Assembly (NCBI GenBank): GCA_031178065.1
Contig: JAPSJS010000012.1
Coordinates: 2,399-66,398 of the forward strand
Direction of reading: 5' to 3'
DNA: 64,000 nucleotides
Source: Altererythrobacter sp.
Lineage (GTDB): Bacteria > Pseudomonadota > Alphaproteobacteria > Sphingomonadales > Sphingomonadaceae
The notes below the pieces were generated by a model that was not told the origin of the DNA, ran no database searches, and saw only the letters and a list, made by a program, of their open reading frames with translations. The position numbers and the translations under genes are program-made. Every line of letters begins with the position of its first letter. Position 1 is the first letter of the stretch. This document shows positions 9,838-18,974 of the stretch, one piece after another.

Positions 9838-10140
9838 ATGACAATGCAGACCAGCCGGGCGGCTTCGCCCGGTGACGAACGGCGCGCGCAGGCCGAAGCC
9901 CTGCTCGCGCGCTATCCCGACCTCTCGCAGAGCGAGATCGACGACCTCCGCCGCTGGTTCGGCAAGGAGACGACGGCGCTCGAAACCGCCATGCTCGCCG
10001 GCGACGATCGGCTTGGCGGCCCCTACCAGCAGTTCCGCAAGGACCACCTCGATCGCCTCTCCACGCTCGAGAAAGTGATCGCCGCGGTAGTCGGCACTCT
10101 CCTGATCGCCGGCCTCACGGCCCTGGCCATCATGCTCTGA
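9838..10140 (+). CDS. Hypothetical tail-anchored membrane protein
   Basis: 100 aa. SD AGGTGA upstream. Good GC3 bias. Single C-terminal TM (VIAAVVGTLLIAGLTALAIML). Confidence 0.55.
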   Translation: MTMQTSRAASPGDERRAQAEALLARYPDLSQSEIDDLRRWFGKETTALETAMLAGDDRLGGPYQQFRKDHLDRLSTLEKVIAAVVGTLLIAGLTALAIML

Positions 10141-10145
10141 CCACC

Positions 10146-10179
10146 GGGCGGAGCGGCCTCACAACAAGCCGCTCCGCCC
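10146..10179. terminator. 12-bp perfect hairpin between convergent genes (possible bidirectional terminator)
   Basis: GGGCGGAGCGGC-N10-GCCGCTCCGCCC. No T-tract. Confidence 0.4.
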
Positions 10180-10191
10180 GACTGTCGTGAA

Positions 10192-10653
10192 TCATGCGAG
10201 CTGCGCGTGTCCTCCAGTCGACCCGAAACCGCCCGCTCCGCGCGCGGTTTGGTCGAGGTCCGCGACCTCGTCCCACGCCGCCTGGGTGACCGGTGCGAGC
10301 ACGAGCTGCGCCACGCGGTCGCCGCGTGCGATTGCGAAGGAGTCGGCGCCGTGGTTGATCAGAATCACCTTGAGCTCGCCGCGGTAATCCGAATCGATCG
10401 TCCCCGGCGCGTTGGGCACGCTGATCCCGTGCTTGAGCGCGAGCCCTGACCGCGGGCGGACCTGGATCTCGTAACCCGGCGGAATAGCCACCGCGAGGCC
10501 GGTCGCCACCGCATGCCGCGCACCCGGCGCGATCGTCACATCCTCGGCGGACAGCACGTCCATCCCCGCCGCGCCCTCAGTGGCGTAGCGCGGCAGGTCG
10601 AGCCCTTCGCCAGGCGGCAGGCGCTTGATCCGGACAGGTATCGCGTGGGTCAT
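10192..10653 (-). CDS. dut: dUTP diphosphatase
   Basis: 153 aa. [17 protein letters not shown] and [10 protein letters not shown] motifs. Confidence 0.95.
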   Translation of the reverse strand: MTHAIPVRIKRLPPGEGLDLPRYATEGAAGMDVLSAEDVTIAPGARHAVATGLAVAIPPGYEIQVRPRSGLALKHGISVPNAPGTIDSDYRGELKVILINHGADSFAIARGDRVAQLVLAPVTQAAWDEVADLDQTARGAGGFGSTGGHAQLA

Positions 10654-11936
10654 TCGTCTTTCGGCTCCAGTTCTCTCGCGATCCGCTCGACCAGCGCGCG
10701 TGCTACCGCCCTCTTGGGCATCTGCTCGAGCGTTTCGACACCCTCGGCGGTAACCACGTGCACCGCATTGCTCTCGCCGCCCATCACGCTTTCTTCTCTC
10801 GGGCCCGAAACGTCGTTGGCGACGATCCAGTCGGCGCCCTTGCGCTCGCGTTTCGCCGTGGCGTTCGCGACCACGTTCTCGGTCTCGGCCGCGAACCCGA
10901 TCAGCAGGCCGGGCCGCCGCGGGTCGCGGGCGAGCGCGGCGAGGATGTCGGGGTTCTCCGCCAGCTCCAGCGCGGGCGGGGCGGAGCCGTTCTTCTTGAT
11001 CTTCTGCGCGGCGAGATCCTTGCTGCGCCAGTCGGCGACTGCGGCGACCATCACCGCGACGTCGGCCGGCAGCGCGTCCTGCACCGCCTCGGCCATCTCG
11101 CGCGCGGATTCGACGTCGACCCGCTCCACCCCCGGCGGCGTTTCGAGCGTGACCGGGCCCGCGATCAAAGTCACCCGCGCACCCGCCGCGGCAGCCGCAG
11201 CGGCAATCGCGAAGCCCTGCTTCCCGCTCGAACGGTTGGCGATATAGCGCACCGGATCGATCGGCTCATGCGTCGGCCCGGCGGTGACGAGCACATGGCG
11301 GCCGTAGAGCGGGCGATGCGCCGGCGCGGCATCGAAGTCGGGCTGGCCCGAAAGCGGATCGGCCGCAAGCGTCTGCGCCAGACCGAGCCGGGCGGTGATC
11401 GCCGCCCAGATCGCGTCCGGCTCGGGCAAGCGGCCCGGACCGTACTCGCCGCAGGCCATCGGCCCTTCGTCGGGCTCCATCACCTCGACGCCCGACTGCC
11501 GCAGCCAAGCGAAGTTGCGCTGCGTCGCCGCGTGCTGCCACATGCGCACATTCATCGCGGGCACCGCCAGAACCGGCTTGTCCGTCGCGAGGAGCAGCGT
11601 GGTCGCGAGATCGTCAGCCAAGCCTGCGGTCATCTTGGCGAGCAGATCCGCCGTCGCGGGGCACACGACCACCAGGTCCGCCTCGCGGCTGAGCTGGATG
11701 TGCCCCATCTCGGCCTCGTCCTTGAGGTCCCACAGCGTTGTGTAGACGGGATTTTCCGACAGCGCAGCCAACGTCATCGGGGTGACGAACTGCTGCCCGC
11801 CTTCGGTGATCACGCAGGTGACCGAACCGCCGGCCTTGCGGATCAGCCGCACCAGCTCGCACGCCTTGTAGGCTGCGATGCCGCCGCCGACGATGAGCAG
11901 GATGCGGAGAGCGACCGAGCGGCTGTCAACGGTCAT
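10650..11936 (-). CDS. coaBC: Bifunctional phosphopantothenoylcysteine decarboxylase / phosphopantothenate--cysteine ligase
   Basis: 428 aa. N-terminal flavoprotein (GGIAAYK) and C-terminal DFP domain ([10 protein letters not shown]-like [11 protein letters not shown]). Overlaps the dut start by 4 nt. Confidence 0.95.
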   Translation of the reverse strand: MTVDSRSVALRILLIVGGGIAAYKACELVRLIRKAGGSVTCVITEGGQQFVTPMTLAALSENPVYTTLWDLKDEAEMGHIQLSREADLVVVCPATADLLAKMTAGLADDLATTLLLATDKPVLAVPAMNVRMWQHAATQRNFAWLRQSGVEVMEPDEGPMACGEYGPGRLPEPDAIWAAITARLGLAQTLAADPLSGQPDFDAAPAHRPLYGRHVLVTAGPTHEPIDPVRYIANRSSGKQGFAIAAAAAAAGARVTLIAGPVTLETPPGVERVDVESAREMAEAVQDALPADVAVMVAAVADWRSKDLAAQKIKKNGSAPPALELAENPDILAALARDPRRPGLLIGFAAETENVVANATAKRERKGADWIVANDVSGPREESVMGGESNAVHVVTAEGVETLEQMPKRAVARALVERIARELEPKDE

Positions 11937-12086
11937 GGCAGATCGTCCCCGTTTTCACTGCGCCGGAGCCTAGCCGGGCGCGCCGCCGGGTGCCAGCCCT
12001 GCCGGGCGATGTAAAGATTCGGCTGGCCGTGCACCCGTCCACCCCTGTAGACCGATGGCGAACGCAGAAATGGAGGAGGGGGACCA

Positions 12087-12470
12087 ATGCGGATCATACT
12101 GACGGCGCTCATTTTCGTGGGCGGGCTGTTCTTCCTGGTGACCGGGATGGGCTTCCTGGCCGACCCGGTGAACTCGGGCGAGACGTTCGGCCTGCGCGCG
12201 ATCGATGCCGATGGGCTGGCGACGATGCGCGCGGACATGACCGCGTTCTTCGTGATCGCCGCGGTCTGCATGCTGGTCGGCGCCTGGCGCCGCAACGGCG
12301 ACATCCTGCTGGTGCCCGCCGGCCTGTTCGGCGTCGCCCTGATCGGCCGCTTCGTCAGCATCGCGGCGGACGGGACCGAGCCCGGCTTCTGGATGCCGAT
12401 GGTGATCGAGGCGGTGACCGTGATCGTGCTTCTCGTCGCCAGCCGCGTCCTGCCGCACCCGGTCACCTGA
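12087..12470 (+). CDS. Small 4-TM membrane protein (DUF4345-like, tentative)
   Basis: 127 aa. SD GGAGGAGGGGG upstream. Four hydrophobic segments. Confidence 0.6.
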   Translation: MRIILTALIFVGGLFFLVTGMGFLADPVNSGETFGLRAIDADGLATMRADMTAFFVIAAVCMLVGAWRRNGDILLVPAGLFGVALIGRFVSIAADGTEPGFWMPMVIEAVTVIVLLVASRVLPHPVT

Positions 12471-12476
12471 GCGCGC

Positions 12477-14033
12477 TCAGCCGATCCAGCCCAGCAGGGC
12501 GGCCGCCGCCACCGCGCCGCCGCCGGCCAGCGCGGCGAGCAGGTAGCCCGGCCAGCCGCGCCGCTTGCGCTTGCGGCGCTGCCACATCAGCTCGACGTGC
12601 GGCAGCGGGGGCGGCTCGGGCGCGCCGCCGCGGGGCGGGAATTTCTCTTCCAGACGCCGGATCAGCGCCGGGATGCGCAGCAGCGTCTCGGTATCCTCGC
12701 GGATGCGGTTGGCGAGCGCCGCTTCGGGCCCGAGCTCGTCGCGGACCCAGCTGCGCACGAACGGCGCAGCCACGTCCCACATGTTGATTGCTGGATCGAG
12801 CTGGGTCGCGATCCCTTCGACCATGACCATGGTCTTCTGCAGCAGCAGCAGGTGCGGCTGGGTCTGCATGTCGAAATCGCGGGTGATCGCGAACAGCCCG
12901 TCGAGCATCTGGCCCACCGACAGCTCGCTCACCGGCTTGCCGCGCATGGGTTCGCCGACCGCGCGTAGCGCCGTCGCGAACTCGTCGACCGAATGGTAGC
13001 TCGGCACGTATTGCGCCTCGAAATGGATCTCCGCCACGCGGCGATAGTTGCCGGTGGTGAGGCCGTAGAGGATCTCCGCCAGCCACTGCCGCGCCTGCCG
13101 GTCGATCCGGCCCATGATGCCGAAGTCGATCGCGACGATCGTTCCGTCGGCCTGCACGAACAGGTTCCCCTGGTGCATGTCCGCGTGGAAGAACCCGGCG
13201 CTGATCGCCTGGCGCAGGAATGCGAGCACCAGCCGCCGCGCGAGCTCGGGCAGGTCGTGCCCGGCGGCGACGAGCGCCTCGCGGTCGGAGATCTTGATGC
13301 CGTCGATCCATTCGATCGTCATCACCCGGCCATTGGTCCGGTCCCAGTCGATCGAGGGGATGCAGTACCGCTCGACCCCGCGCATGGCGTCGGCCAGTTC
13401 GCTGGCCGAGGCGGCCTCGCGCCGCAGGTCGAGCTCGCGGTTGGTCCAGCGCTTGAAATTGGCGATGGTCAGCCGCGGACGCAGCCGCGCAGCCTCGCCC
13501 CCGAGCGCTTCCAGATGCGCCGCCGCCCATTCGTAAGTCGCGATGTCGCGCGCGAAGCGCTCGCGGATGCCCGGCCGCAGAACTTTGACCGCGACATGCC
13601 GCCCGTCGGTCGTCACCGCGCGGTGAACCTGCGCGATCGACGCCGCGCCCACCGGCACGGGGTCGATCTCGGCGAAGAGCGTGCCGATCGGCTGGCCGAA
13701 GCTCGCCTCGATCGCGCGCTCTATCTCCGGATAGGCGACCGGCGGCAGGCTGTCCTGCAGCGAGAGGAGATTGCGCGCCGCGTCCTCGCCGACCAGGTCG
13801 GGCCGGGTCGCGAGCGACTGGCCGAGCTTGATCGCCGCGGGGCCGATCTCGCGGAAGGCTCCCGCGTAGTCGGGCTGCGCCGGCTGGAACGTGCCGAAGC
13901 GCGCGACCCGCGCGAGCCGCTTGACCGGATCGGGCGTGTTCGGATCGTTCTCGATCCCGCGCAGCGCCCCGTGCCGCGCAAGCGTACGGCCCCACTTGAG
14001 CAGCCGGAAGATATGCGTGGCGGGCTGGGTCAT
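12477..14033 (-). CDS. ubiB: Ubiquinone biosynthesis regulatory kinase-like protein UbiB (ABC1 family)
   Basis: 518 aa. ABC1/UbiB kinase-like motifs (AAASIAQVHRA, VAVKVLRPGI, HADMHQGNLFV) and C-terminal TM segments. Located downstream of ubiE. Confidence 0.9.
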   Translation of the reverse strand: MTQPATHIFRLLKWGRTLARHGALRGIENDPNTPDPVKRLARVARFGTFQPAQPDYAGAFREIGPAAIKLGQSLATRPDLVGEDAARNLLSLQDSLPPVAYPEIERAIEASFGQPIGTLFAEIDPVPVGAASIAQVHRAVTTDGRHVAVKVLRPGIRERFARDIATYEWAAAHLEALGGEAARLRPRLTIANFKRWTNRELDLRREAASASELADAMRGVERYCIPSIDWDRTNGRVMTIEWIDGIKISDREALVAAGHDLPELARRLVLAFLRQAISAGFFHADMHQGNLFVQADGTIVAIDFGIMGRIDRQARQWLAEILYGLTTGNYRRVAEIHFEAQYVPSYHSVDEFATALRAVGEPMRGKPVSELSVGQMLDGLFAITRDFDMQTQPHLLLLQKTMVMVEGIATQLDPAINMWDVAAPFVRSWVRDELGPEAALANRIREDTETLLRIPALIRRLEEKFPPRGGAPEPPPLPHVELMWQRRKRKRRGWPGYLLAALAGGGAVAAAALLGWIG

Positions 14034-14035
14034 GG

Positions 14036-14131
14036 CCCCTCCTCCCCTTCAGGGGAGGGGGCCGGGGGGTGGGGGAGGCGTGCGCCGACCGAGCAGCCCC
14101 CACCCCAACCCCTCCCCTGAAGGGGAGGGGC
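14036..14131. repeat. Composite three-hairpin palindromic element (REP-like) in the ubiE-ubiB spacer
   Basis: Hairpin A: CCTCCCC-TTCA-GGGGAGG (14037-14061, extended). Hairpin B: GGGGTGGGGG-N21-CCCCCACCCC (14066-14106). Hairpin C: CCCCTCCCC-TGAA-GGGGAGGGG (14109-14130). A and C are inverted copies of each other. Confidence 0.7.
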
Positions 14132-14148
14132 TTTCCCGTTCCGCTTTC

Positions 14149-14880
14149 TCACACCTTCCACCCCGAATGGATCGCCACGAGCCCGCCCATGATCGGCTCG
14201 ACGCGGGTGTTGGAGAAGCCGGCCTGGCGGATCATCGCCTCGAATTCGGGCATCGGCGGGAAGCGGCGGATCGATTCGACAAGGTAGCGGTAGCTCGCCT
14301 CGTCGCCCGCGATCGCCTTGCCGATCTGGGGCACGAGCTTGTGCGAATAAAAGTCGTAGACTTCCTTGAAGCCCGGCCATTCGGTGGTCGAGAACTCGAG
14401 GCAGAAGAACCGTCCGCCGTGCTTGAGCACCCGGTGCGCCTCGGCCAGCGCCTTGTCGATCCGGGTCACGTTCCGGATCCCGAAGGCGATCGTGTAGGCA
14501 TCGAACATGCGGCGCGGATAGCCGAGCTCCTCCGCATTCTGGCACGACCAGGTGAGACCGGTCATGCCACGATCGATCGCCCGCTCCACGCCGACGTCGA
14601 GCATGTCCTGACTGATATCGGCGACGGTCACCTCGGCCCCGCGTGCGGCCATGCGGAACGCGATGTCGCCGGTGCCGCCGGCCATGTCGAGGATCGCCTC
14701 GCCCGGCTGCGGCTTCACCCGGCGGACGAAGCGGTCCTTCCACAGCCGGTGGAGCCCGCCCGACATGGCGTCGTTCATCACGTCGTACTTCGCCGCGACG
14801 TTGGAAAACACCGCGCCGACGCGCTCGGTCTTCTCTTCGGGAGCCACGTCCTCGTAGCCGAATGAAACCTTCTCGCTCAT
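14149..14880 (-). CDS. ubiE: Ubiquinone/menaquinone biosynthesis C-methyltransferase UbiE
   Basis: MSEKVSFGYEDV...YDVMNDAMSGGLHRLWK...LDMAGGTGD is a SAM methyltransferase of UbiE type. The upstream ATG at 14937 lies inside a repeat element and was rejected. Confidence 0.9.
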   Translation of the reverse strand: MSEKVSFGYEDVAPEEKTERVGAVFSNVAAKYDVMNDAMSGGLHRLWKDRFVRRVKPQPGEAILDMAGGTGDIAFRMAARGAEVTVADISQDMLDVGVERAIDRGMTGLTWSCQNAEELGYPRRMFDAYTIAFGIRNVTRIDKALAEAHRVLKHGGRFFCLEFSTTEWPGFKEVYDFYSHKLVPQIGKAIAGDEASYRYLVESIRRFPPMPEFEAMIRQAGFSNTRVEPIMGGLVAIHSGWKV

Positions 14881-14932
14881 GGGCCGGGCCTTAGGAGGAA
14901 TCGCCGTCCCGGCAAAGGTGTTGAATTCGGCT

Positions 14933-14993
14933 GTCATCCCGGCGAAAGCCCAGGTCGCCCTCCGATAGCGATGCCAGCTTCCGCTGGCATGAC
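14933..14993. repeat. REP/MITE-like 61-bp element with two hairpins in the ubiE/mutM divergent spacer
   Basis: GTCATCCCGGCGAAAGCCCAGG ... GATGCCAGC-TTCC-GCTGGCATGAC. The ends are inverted (GTCATCC.../...GGCATGAC). It translates as the ...VMPAEAGI... type peptide seen in spurious ORFs. Confidence 0.55.
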
Positions 14994-15002
14994 GAGATTT
15001 TC

Positions 15003-15818
15003 ATGCCCGAGCTTCCCGAAGTCGAAACCACCGTGCGCGGCCTCGCGCGATTCCTCGAAGGCGAGCGGATCGTTCGTGCGAGGGTGAACCGGCCCGACAT
15101 GCGCCGGCCCTTCCCGCCCGGGCTCGTCCAGATGCTCACCGGCGCGCGTGTGATCGGGCTCGGCCGGCGCGCCAAGTTCGGGCTGATCCACACCGACCGC
15201 GGCCAGACGCTGGTGTTCCACCTCGGCATGAGCGGACGCTGGCGGATCGATCCGGCGACCGAAGACCGGCACGACCATATCGTCATCGAAACCGAGGACC
15301 ACCGCTTCGCATTGTGCGATCCGCGGCGGTTCGGCTGGGTCGATCTCGTGCCGACCGAGAGCCTCGACGAATGGCCCTCGTTCGTCGGCATGGGGCCAGA
15401 ACCCTTGGGCGACGATCTGACGACCGCGCATCTCCACGCGGCGCTGAAAGGCCGCAAGCAGGCGATCAAGCTTCTCCTGCTCGATCAGCGGATCGTCGCC
15501 GGGCTCGGCAACATCTACGTCTGCGAAGCGCTGTTCCGCGCGCGGATCGATCCGCGCAAGGCGGGCGGCAGCGTCTCGCGGGCGGCGCTCGGGCGGCTCG
15601 TCCCCGCGATACGCGAAGTGCTCGAACAGTCGATAGCCGACGGCGGCTCCACCTTGCGCGACTACGCGCGGCCCGACGGCGAGCTCGGCTACTTCGCCAC
15701 CCGCTTCGACGTCTATGGACGCGAGGGCGAACCCTGCCGGCGCGACGACGGCGGCACGATCCGCCGCATCGCGCAAGGCGGGCGCAGCACCTGGTTCTGT
15801 CCGCGCTGCCAGCGGTGA
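15003..15818 (+). CDS. mutM: Formamidopyrimidine-DNA glycosylase
   Basis: 271 aa. N-terminal MPELPEVET and a C-terminal zinc finger CxxC...CPRCQ. Confidence 0.95.
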   Translation: MPELPEVETTVRGLARFLEGERIVRARVNRPDMRRPFPPGLVQMLTGARVIGLGRRAKFGLIHTDRGQTLVFHLGMSGRWRIDPATEDRHDHIVIETEDHRFALCDPRRFGWVDLVPTESLDEWPSFVGMGPEPLGDDLTTAHLHAALKGRKQAIKLLLLDQRIVAGLGNIYVCEALFRARIDPRKAGGSVSRAALGRLVPAIREVLEQSIADGGSTLRDYARPDGELGYFATRFDVYGREGEPCRRDDGGTIRRIAQGGRSTWFCPRCQR

Positions 15819-15945
15819 GCGCTACGCTTGACGATTCGGGCCCTCGCCGCTAAGGCGCGCGCTTTCCGGTGGGCATACCGCCGTTTTCTGCAGGTTTACG
15901 AACGAAATCCGGCCGTTCGCAAGACGGCCCGAGACAAGGACGAAC

Positions 15946-16206
15946 ATGGCCAATACGCCGCAAGCCAAGAAGCGCATCCGTCGCAACGCCAACCGCGCCG
16001 AGATCAACGGCGCGCGCATCAGCCGCATCCGCAGCTTCCTGAAGAAGGTCGAAACCGCGATCGCAGGCGGCGACAAGACGGCCGCTGCCGAAGCCCTCAA
16101 GACCGCGCAGCCCGAGCTCGCTCGCGGCGTCGCACGCGGCGTGCTCCACAAGAACACCGCATCGCGCAAGATGTCGCGCCTCTCCAAGCGAGTCGCGGCG
16201 CTCTGA
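15946..16206 (+). CDS. rpsT: 30S ribosomal protein S20
   Basis: 86 aa. [14 protein letters not shown]... is typical of S20. Confidence 0.95.
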   Translation: MANTPQAKKRIRRNANRAEINGARISRIRSFLKKVETAIAGGDKTAAAEALKTAQPELARGVARGVLHKNTASRKMSRLSKRVAAL

Positions 16207-16249
16207 TTCGCGGGCCCCTATCGGGGCGATCGCAGCATTGTATGCCGAA

Positions 16250-16285
16250 CGGGCCGGCGCGAGGAGCGCTGGCCCGTTTCGTTTT
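16250..16285 (+). terminator. Rho-independent terminator after rpsT
   Basis: CGGGCCGGCGC-GAGGA-GCGCTGGCCCG (one G-T pair) followed by TTTCGTTTT. Confidence 0.7.
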
Positions 16286-16690
16286 GCTACCCTTCTCCAA
16301 ACCCCGTCTAAGAAAAGCTAGGAAGTTCCGCGATTCGCGTGGCACGACACGTGATTTTCGAACGCAAACAGCGACTTGAACGGACGGCTGCGGGGTTGCG
16401 ACGAGTCAATATCCTTTATTTCAGTTTTTTTGCAGCCCCGCCCCTTGCGACTCAAGCGAAGCGGTTCCTAAAAGGTCCGCAGCACGAGGCGGGACGGCTG
16501 GTGCTCCTGGAAATTGGACGGTCGCGTTCGGTCTGGAATCCCCGATTCCGGGCAGGACGGAGCTTTGCGTGCCGTCTGTGGGGTTCATGAGGATGTCCGG
16601 GGGCAGACCGGGCGCGACAGGAGCGGTTCGAAAATGAAAAGCAGGAACGGCGAAGCACGCGCGGCACTGGGCAAAGGGCAAGAGGAATCG

Positions 16691-18100
16691 ATGGAAGATC
16701 TGGAAGCGGTAAACCTGGCTGCGGATTGGGCGGATATCAGCCAGGGCCTGCGAAAGGATCTGGGCCATCAACTCCACAGCCAGTGGATCAAGCCGATCCA
16801 GCTTGGCGGTTTCTGCGAGGAAACCGGCACCCTCGATCTCTACCTTCCGACCGAGTTCTCGGCCAACTGGGTGCAGGACCGCTTCGCGGATCGACTCTCG
16901 CTCGCCTGGAAGATCGCGCGCAGCGAAGTGCGCAACGTGCGCATCTCGGTCCATCCGGGCCGCCGCAAGCTGCCCGAGCTGAGCCTCGCCGGCGACGGCC
17001 GCCGCCCGGCCAACGATGCCGATTCCTCGATGATCGCGGTCGCCGCCGGCACGATCGGCGAACAGGGCTTCACCTCCTCGGTGGGCCTCGATCCTTCGCT
17101 GACCTTTGCGGCCTTCGTCACCGGCGAATCGAACGTGCTCGCCTGCAATGCGGCGCAGCGCATGGCCGCGACCGAGCAGCCGCAGTTCTCGCCGCTCTAC
17201 CTCAAGGCCGCGACCGGCCAGGGCAAGACGCACCTGCTGCACGCGATCGGTCACGCCTATCTCGCCAGCCATCCGCGGGCGCGGATCTTCTACTGCAGCG
17301 CCGAGCGCTTCATGGTCGAGTTCGTCCAGGCGCTGAAACAAAACCAGATGATCGAGTTCAAGGCGCGCCTGCGCAGCTTCGATCTGCTGCTGGTCGACGA
17401 CATCCAGTTCATCATCGGCAAGGCCAGCGCGCAGGAAGAGCTGCTCTACACGATCGACGCGCTGCTGGCCGAAGGCAAGCGGCTGGTCTTCGCCGCCGAC
17501 CGCGCACCGCAGGCGCTCGACGGGGTCGAGCCGCGCCTGCTCAGCCGCCTGTCGATGGGCCTCGTGGCCGATATCGCACCGGCCGATATCGAGCTGCGCC
17601 GCTCAATCCTCGAATCGAAGCTGACCCGGTTCGCGCCGCTTTCGGTGCCCGAAGACGTGATCGACTTCCTCGCACGCACGATCACGCGCAACGTGCGCGA
17701 GCTCGTCGGCGGGCTCAACAAGCTGATCGCCTATGCCCAGCTCACGGGCCAGGAAGTCTCGCTCCAGCTCGCCGAGGAGCAGCTCACCGACATCCTCTCG
17801 GCCAATCGCCGGCGGATCACGATCGACGAGATCCAGCGCACGGTGTGCCAGTTCTACCGCATCGACCGCGCCGAGATGTCGAGCAAGCGCCGCGCGCGCG
17901 CCATCGTCCGCCCGCGGCAAGTGGCTATGTACCTCTCCAAGGTACTGACCCCGCGCTCCTATCCCGAAATCGGCCGCAAGTTCGGGGGGCGCGACCATTC
18001 GACCGTGATCCACGCGGTGCGCCTGATCGAGGATCTGCGCCAGCGCGACGCCGACATGGACGGCGACGTGCGCAGCCTGCTGCGGCAGCTCGAGAGCTGA
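16691..18100 (+). CDS. dnaA: Chromosomal replication initiator protein DnaA
   Basis: AAA+ Walker A (GQGKTHLLHA), DDIQF box and C-terminal DNA-binding helix (VAMYLSKVLT...SYPEIGRKFGGRDHSTVIHA). I chose the start at MEDLEAV (SD AGAGGA 7 nt upstream). In-frame alternatives are 16634 and 16514. Confidence 0.9.
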   Translation: MEDLEAVNLAADWADISQGLRKDLGHQLHSQWIKPIQLGGFCEETGTLDLYLPTEFSANWVQDRFADRLSLAWKIARSEVRNVRISVHPGRRKLPELSLAGDGRRPANDADSSMIAVAAGTIGEQGFTSSVGLDPSLTFAAFVTGESNVLACNAAQRMAATEQPQFSPLYLKAATGQGKTHLLHAIGHAYLASHPRARIFYCSAERFMVEFVQALKQNQMIEFKARLRSFDLLLVDDIQFIIGKASAQEELLYTIDALLAEGKRLVFAADRAPQALDGVEPRLLSRLSMGLVADIAPADIELRRSILESKLTRFAPLSVPEDVIDFLARTITRNVRELVGGLNKLIAYAQLTGQEVSLQLAEEQLTDILSANRRRITIDEIQRTVCQFYRIDRAEMSSKRRARAIVRPRQVAMYLSKVLTPRSYPEIGRKFGGRDHSTVIHAVRLIEDLRQRDADMDGDVRSLLRQLES

Positions 18101-18183
18101 TCCTTTCGCCCGGCGAGCCGCGCCGGACATGTCCTGAAGACCTTTTCTCGACAGGCTCTCCACAGCCTGCCAACAGCGTGTCC

Positions 18184-18960
18184 ATGGCCCTGCCCCCAGA
18201 ACGCATCGACCGCTTCGCGCGCCATATCGTCCTGCCCGAGATCGGCGGCGCAGGGCAGGTGGCGCTTGCCGCGGCGCACGTCGCGCTGGTCGGGCTGGGC
18301 GGGATCGGCAGCCCCGTCCTGCAATACCTCGCCGGCGCTGGCGTGGGGCGCTTCACGCTGATCGACGACGGGCGGGTGGAGCTCTCCAACCTCCAGCGCC
18401 AGACGATCTACTCGGAACGCGACGTCGGGCACGGCAAGGCGGTGGCCGCGCGCCGCTGGCTGGCGAATTTCGACGGCGAGATCGCGGTCGAACTGGTCGA
18501 CCGGCGCCTGACCCGCGACAATGCCGGCGCCGCCATCGCAGGGGCCGATCTGGTGCTCGACGGGACCGACAACTTCGCCACCCGCCTGGCCGTGTCGGAT
18601 GCCTGCGTTGTGTCCGGCATCCCGCTCCTCTCGGCCGCCGTCGGTCGCTTTCAGGGCCAGGTCGGTGCCTTTGTGGGGCACCTGCCTGGCGAGGCCTGCT
18701 ATCGCTGCTTCGTCGGCGACGCCTTCGATGCCGACGATTGCGACACGTGCGCGGAAGACGGCATGCTCGGCGCCATGTCCGGCTGGACCGGCACCTTCGC
18801 CGCCATGCACGCGGTCCGCGTGCTCCTCGCAGGCAAGGCCGCGTTCGGCGACCCACAATGGGGCCGGCTGCACCTGCTCGACGGCCTCAAGGCGGAAATG
18901 CGCAGCTTCCGGATCGCGAAAGACCCGGCGTGCAAGGGATGCTCGGTTCCAACCCCCTGA
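18184..18960 (+). CDS. HesA/MoeB/ThiF family adenylyltransferase (MoeB-like)
   Basis: 258 aa. RFARHIVLPEIGGAGQ, GLGGIGSP nucleotide loop, and CYRC plus CKGC zinc motifs. It is the 3' part of a long spurious track ORF (16726..18960). Confidence 0.85.
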   Translation: MALPPERIDRFARHIVLPEIGGAGQVALAAAHVALVGLGGIGSPVLQYLAGAGVGRFTLIDDGRVELSNLQRQTIYSERDVGHGKAVAARRWLANFDGEIAVELVDRRLTRDNAGAAIAGADLVLDGTDNFATRLAVSDACVVSGIPLLSAAVGRFQGQVGAFVGHLPGEACYRCFVGDAFDADDCDTCAEDGMLGAMSGWTGTFAAMHAVRVLLAGKAAFGDPQWGRLHLLDGLKAEMRSFRIAKDPACKGCSVPTP

Positions 18961-18974
18961 ACGTCACTTCCGGC

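Noticed and set aside
16207-16690. Replication origin (oriC) next to dnaA
   Set aside because: I found no cluster of DnaA-box-like 9-mers by eye and only one short A/T-rich patch. Alphaproteobacterial origins are usually near hemE, not dnaA. I kept it only as a low-interest 'long leader' note.
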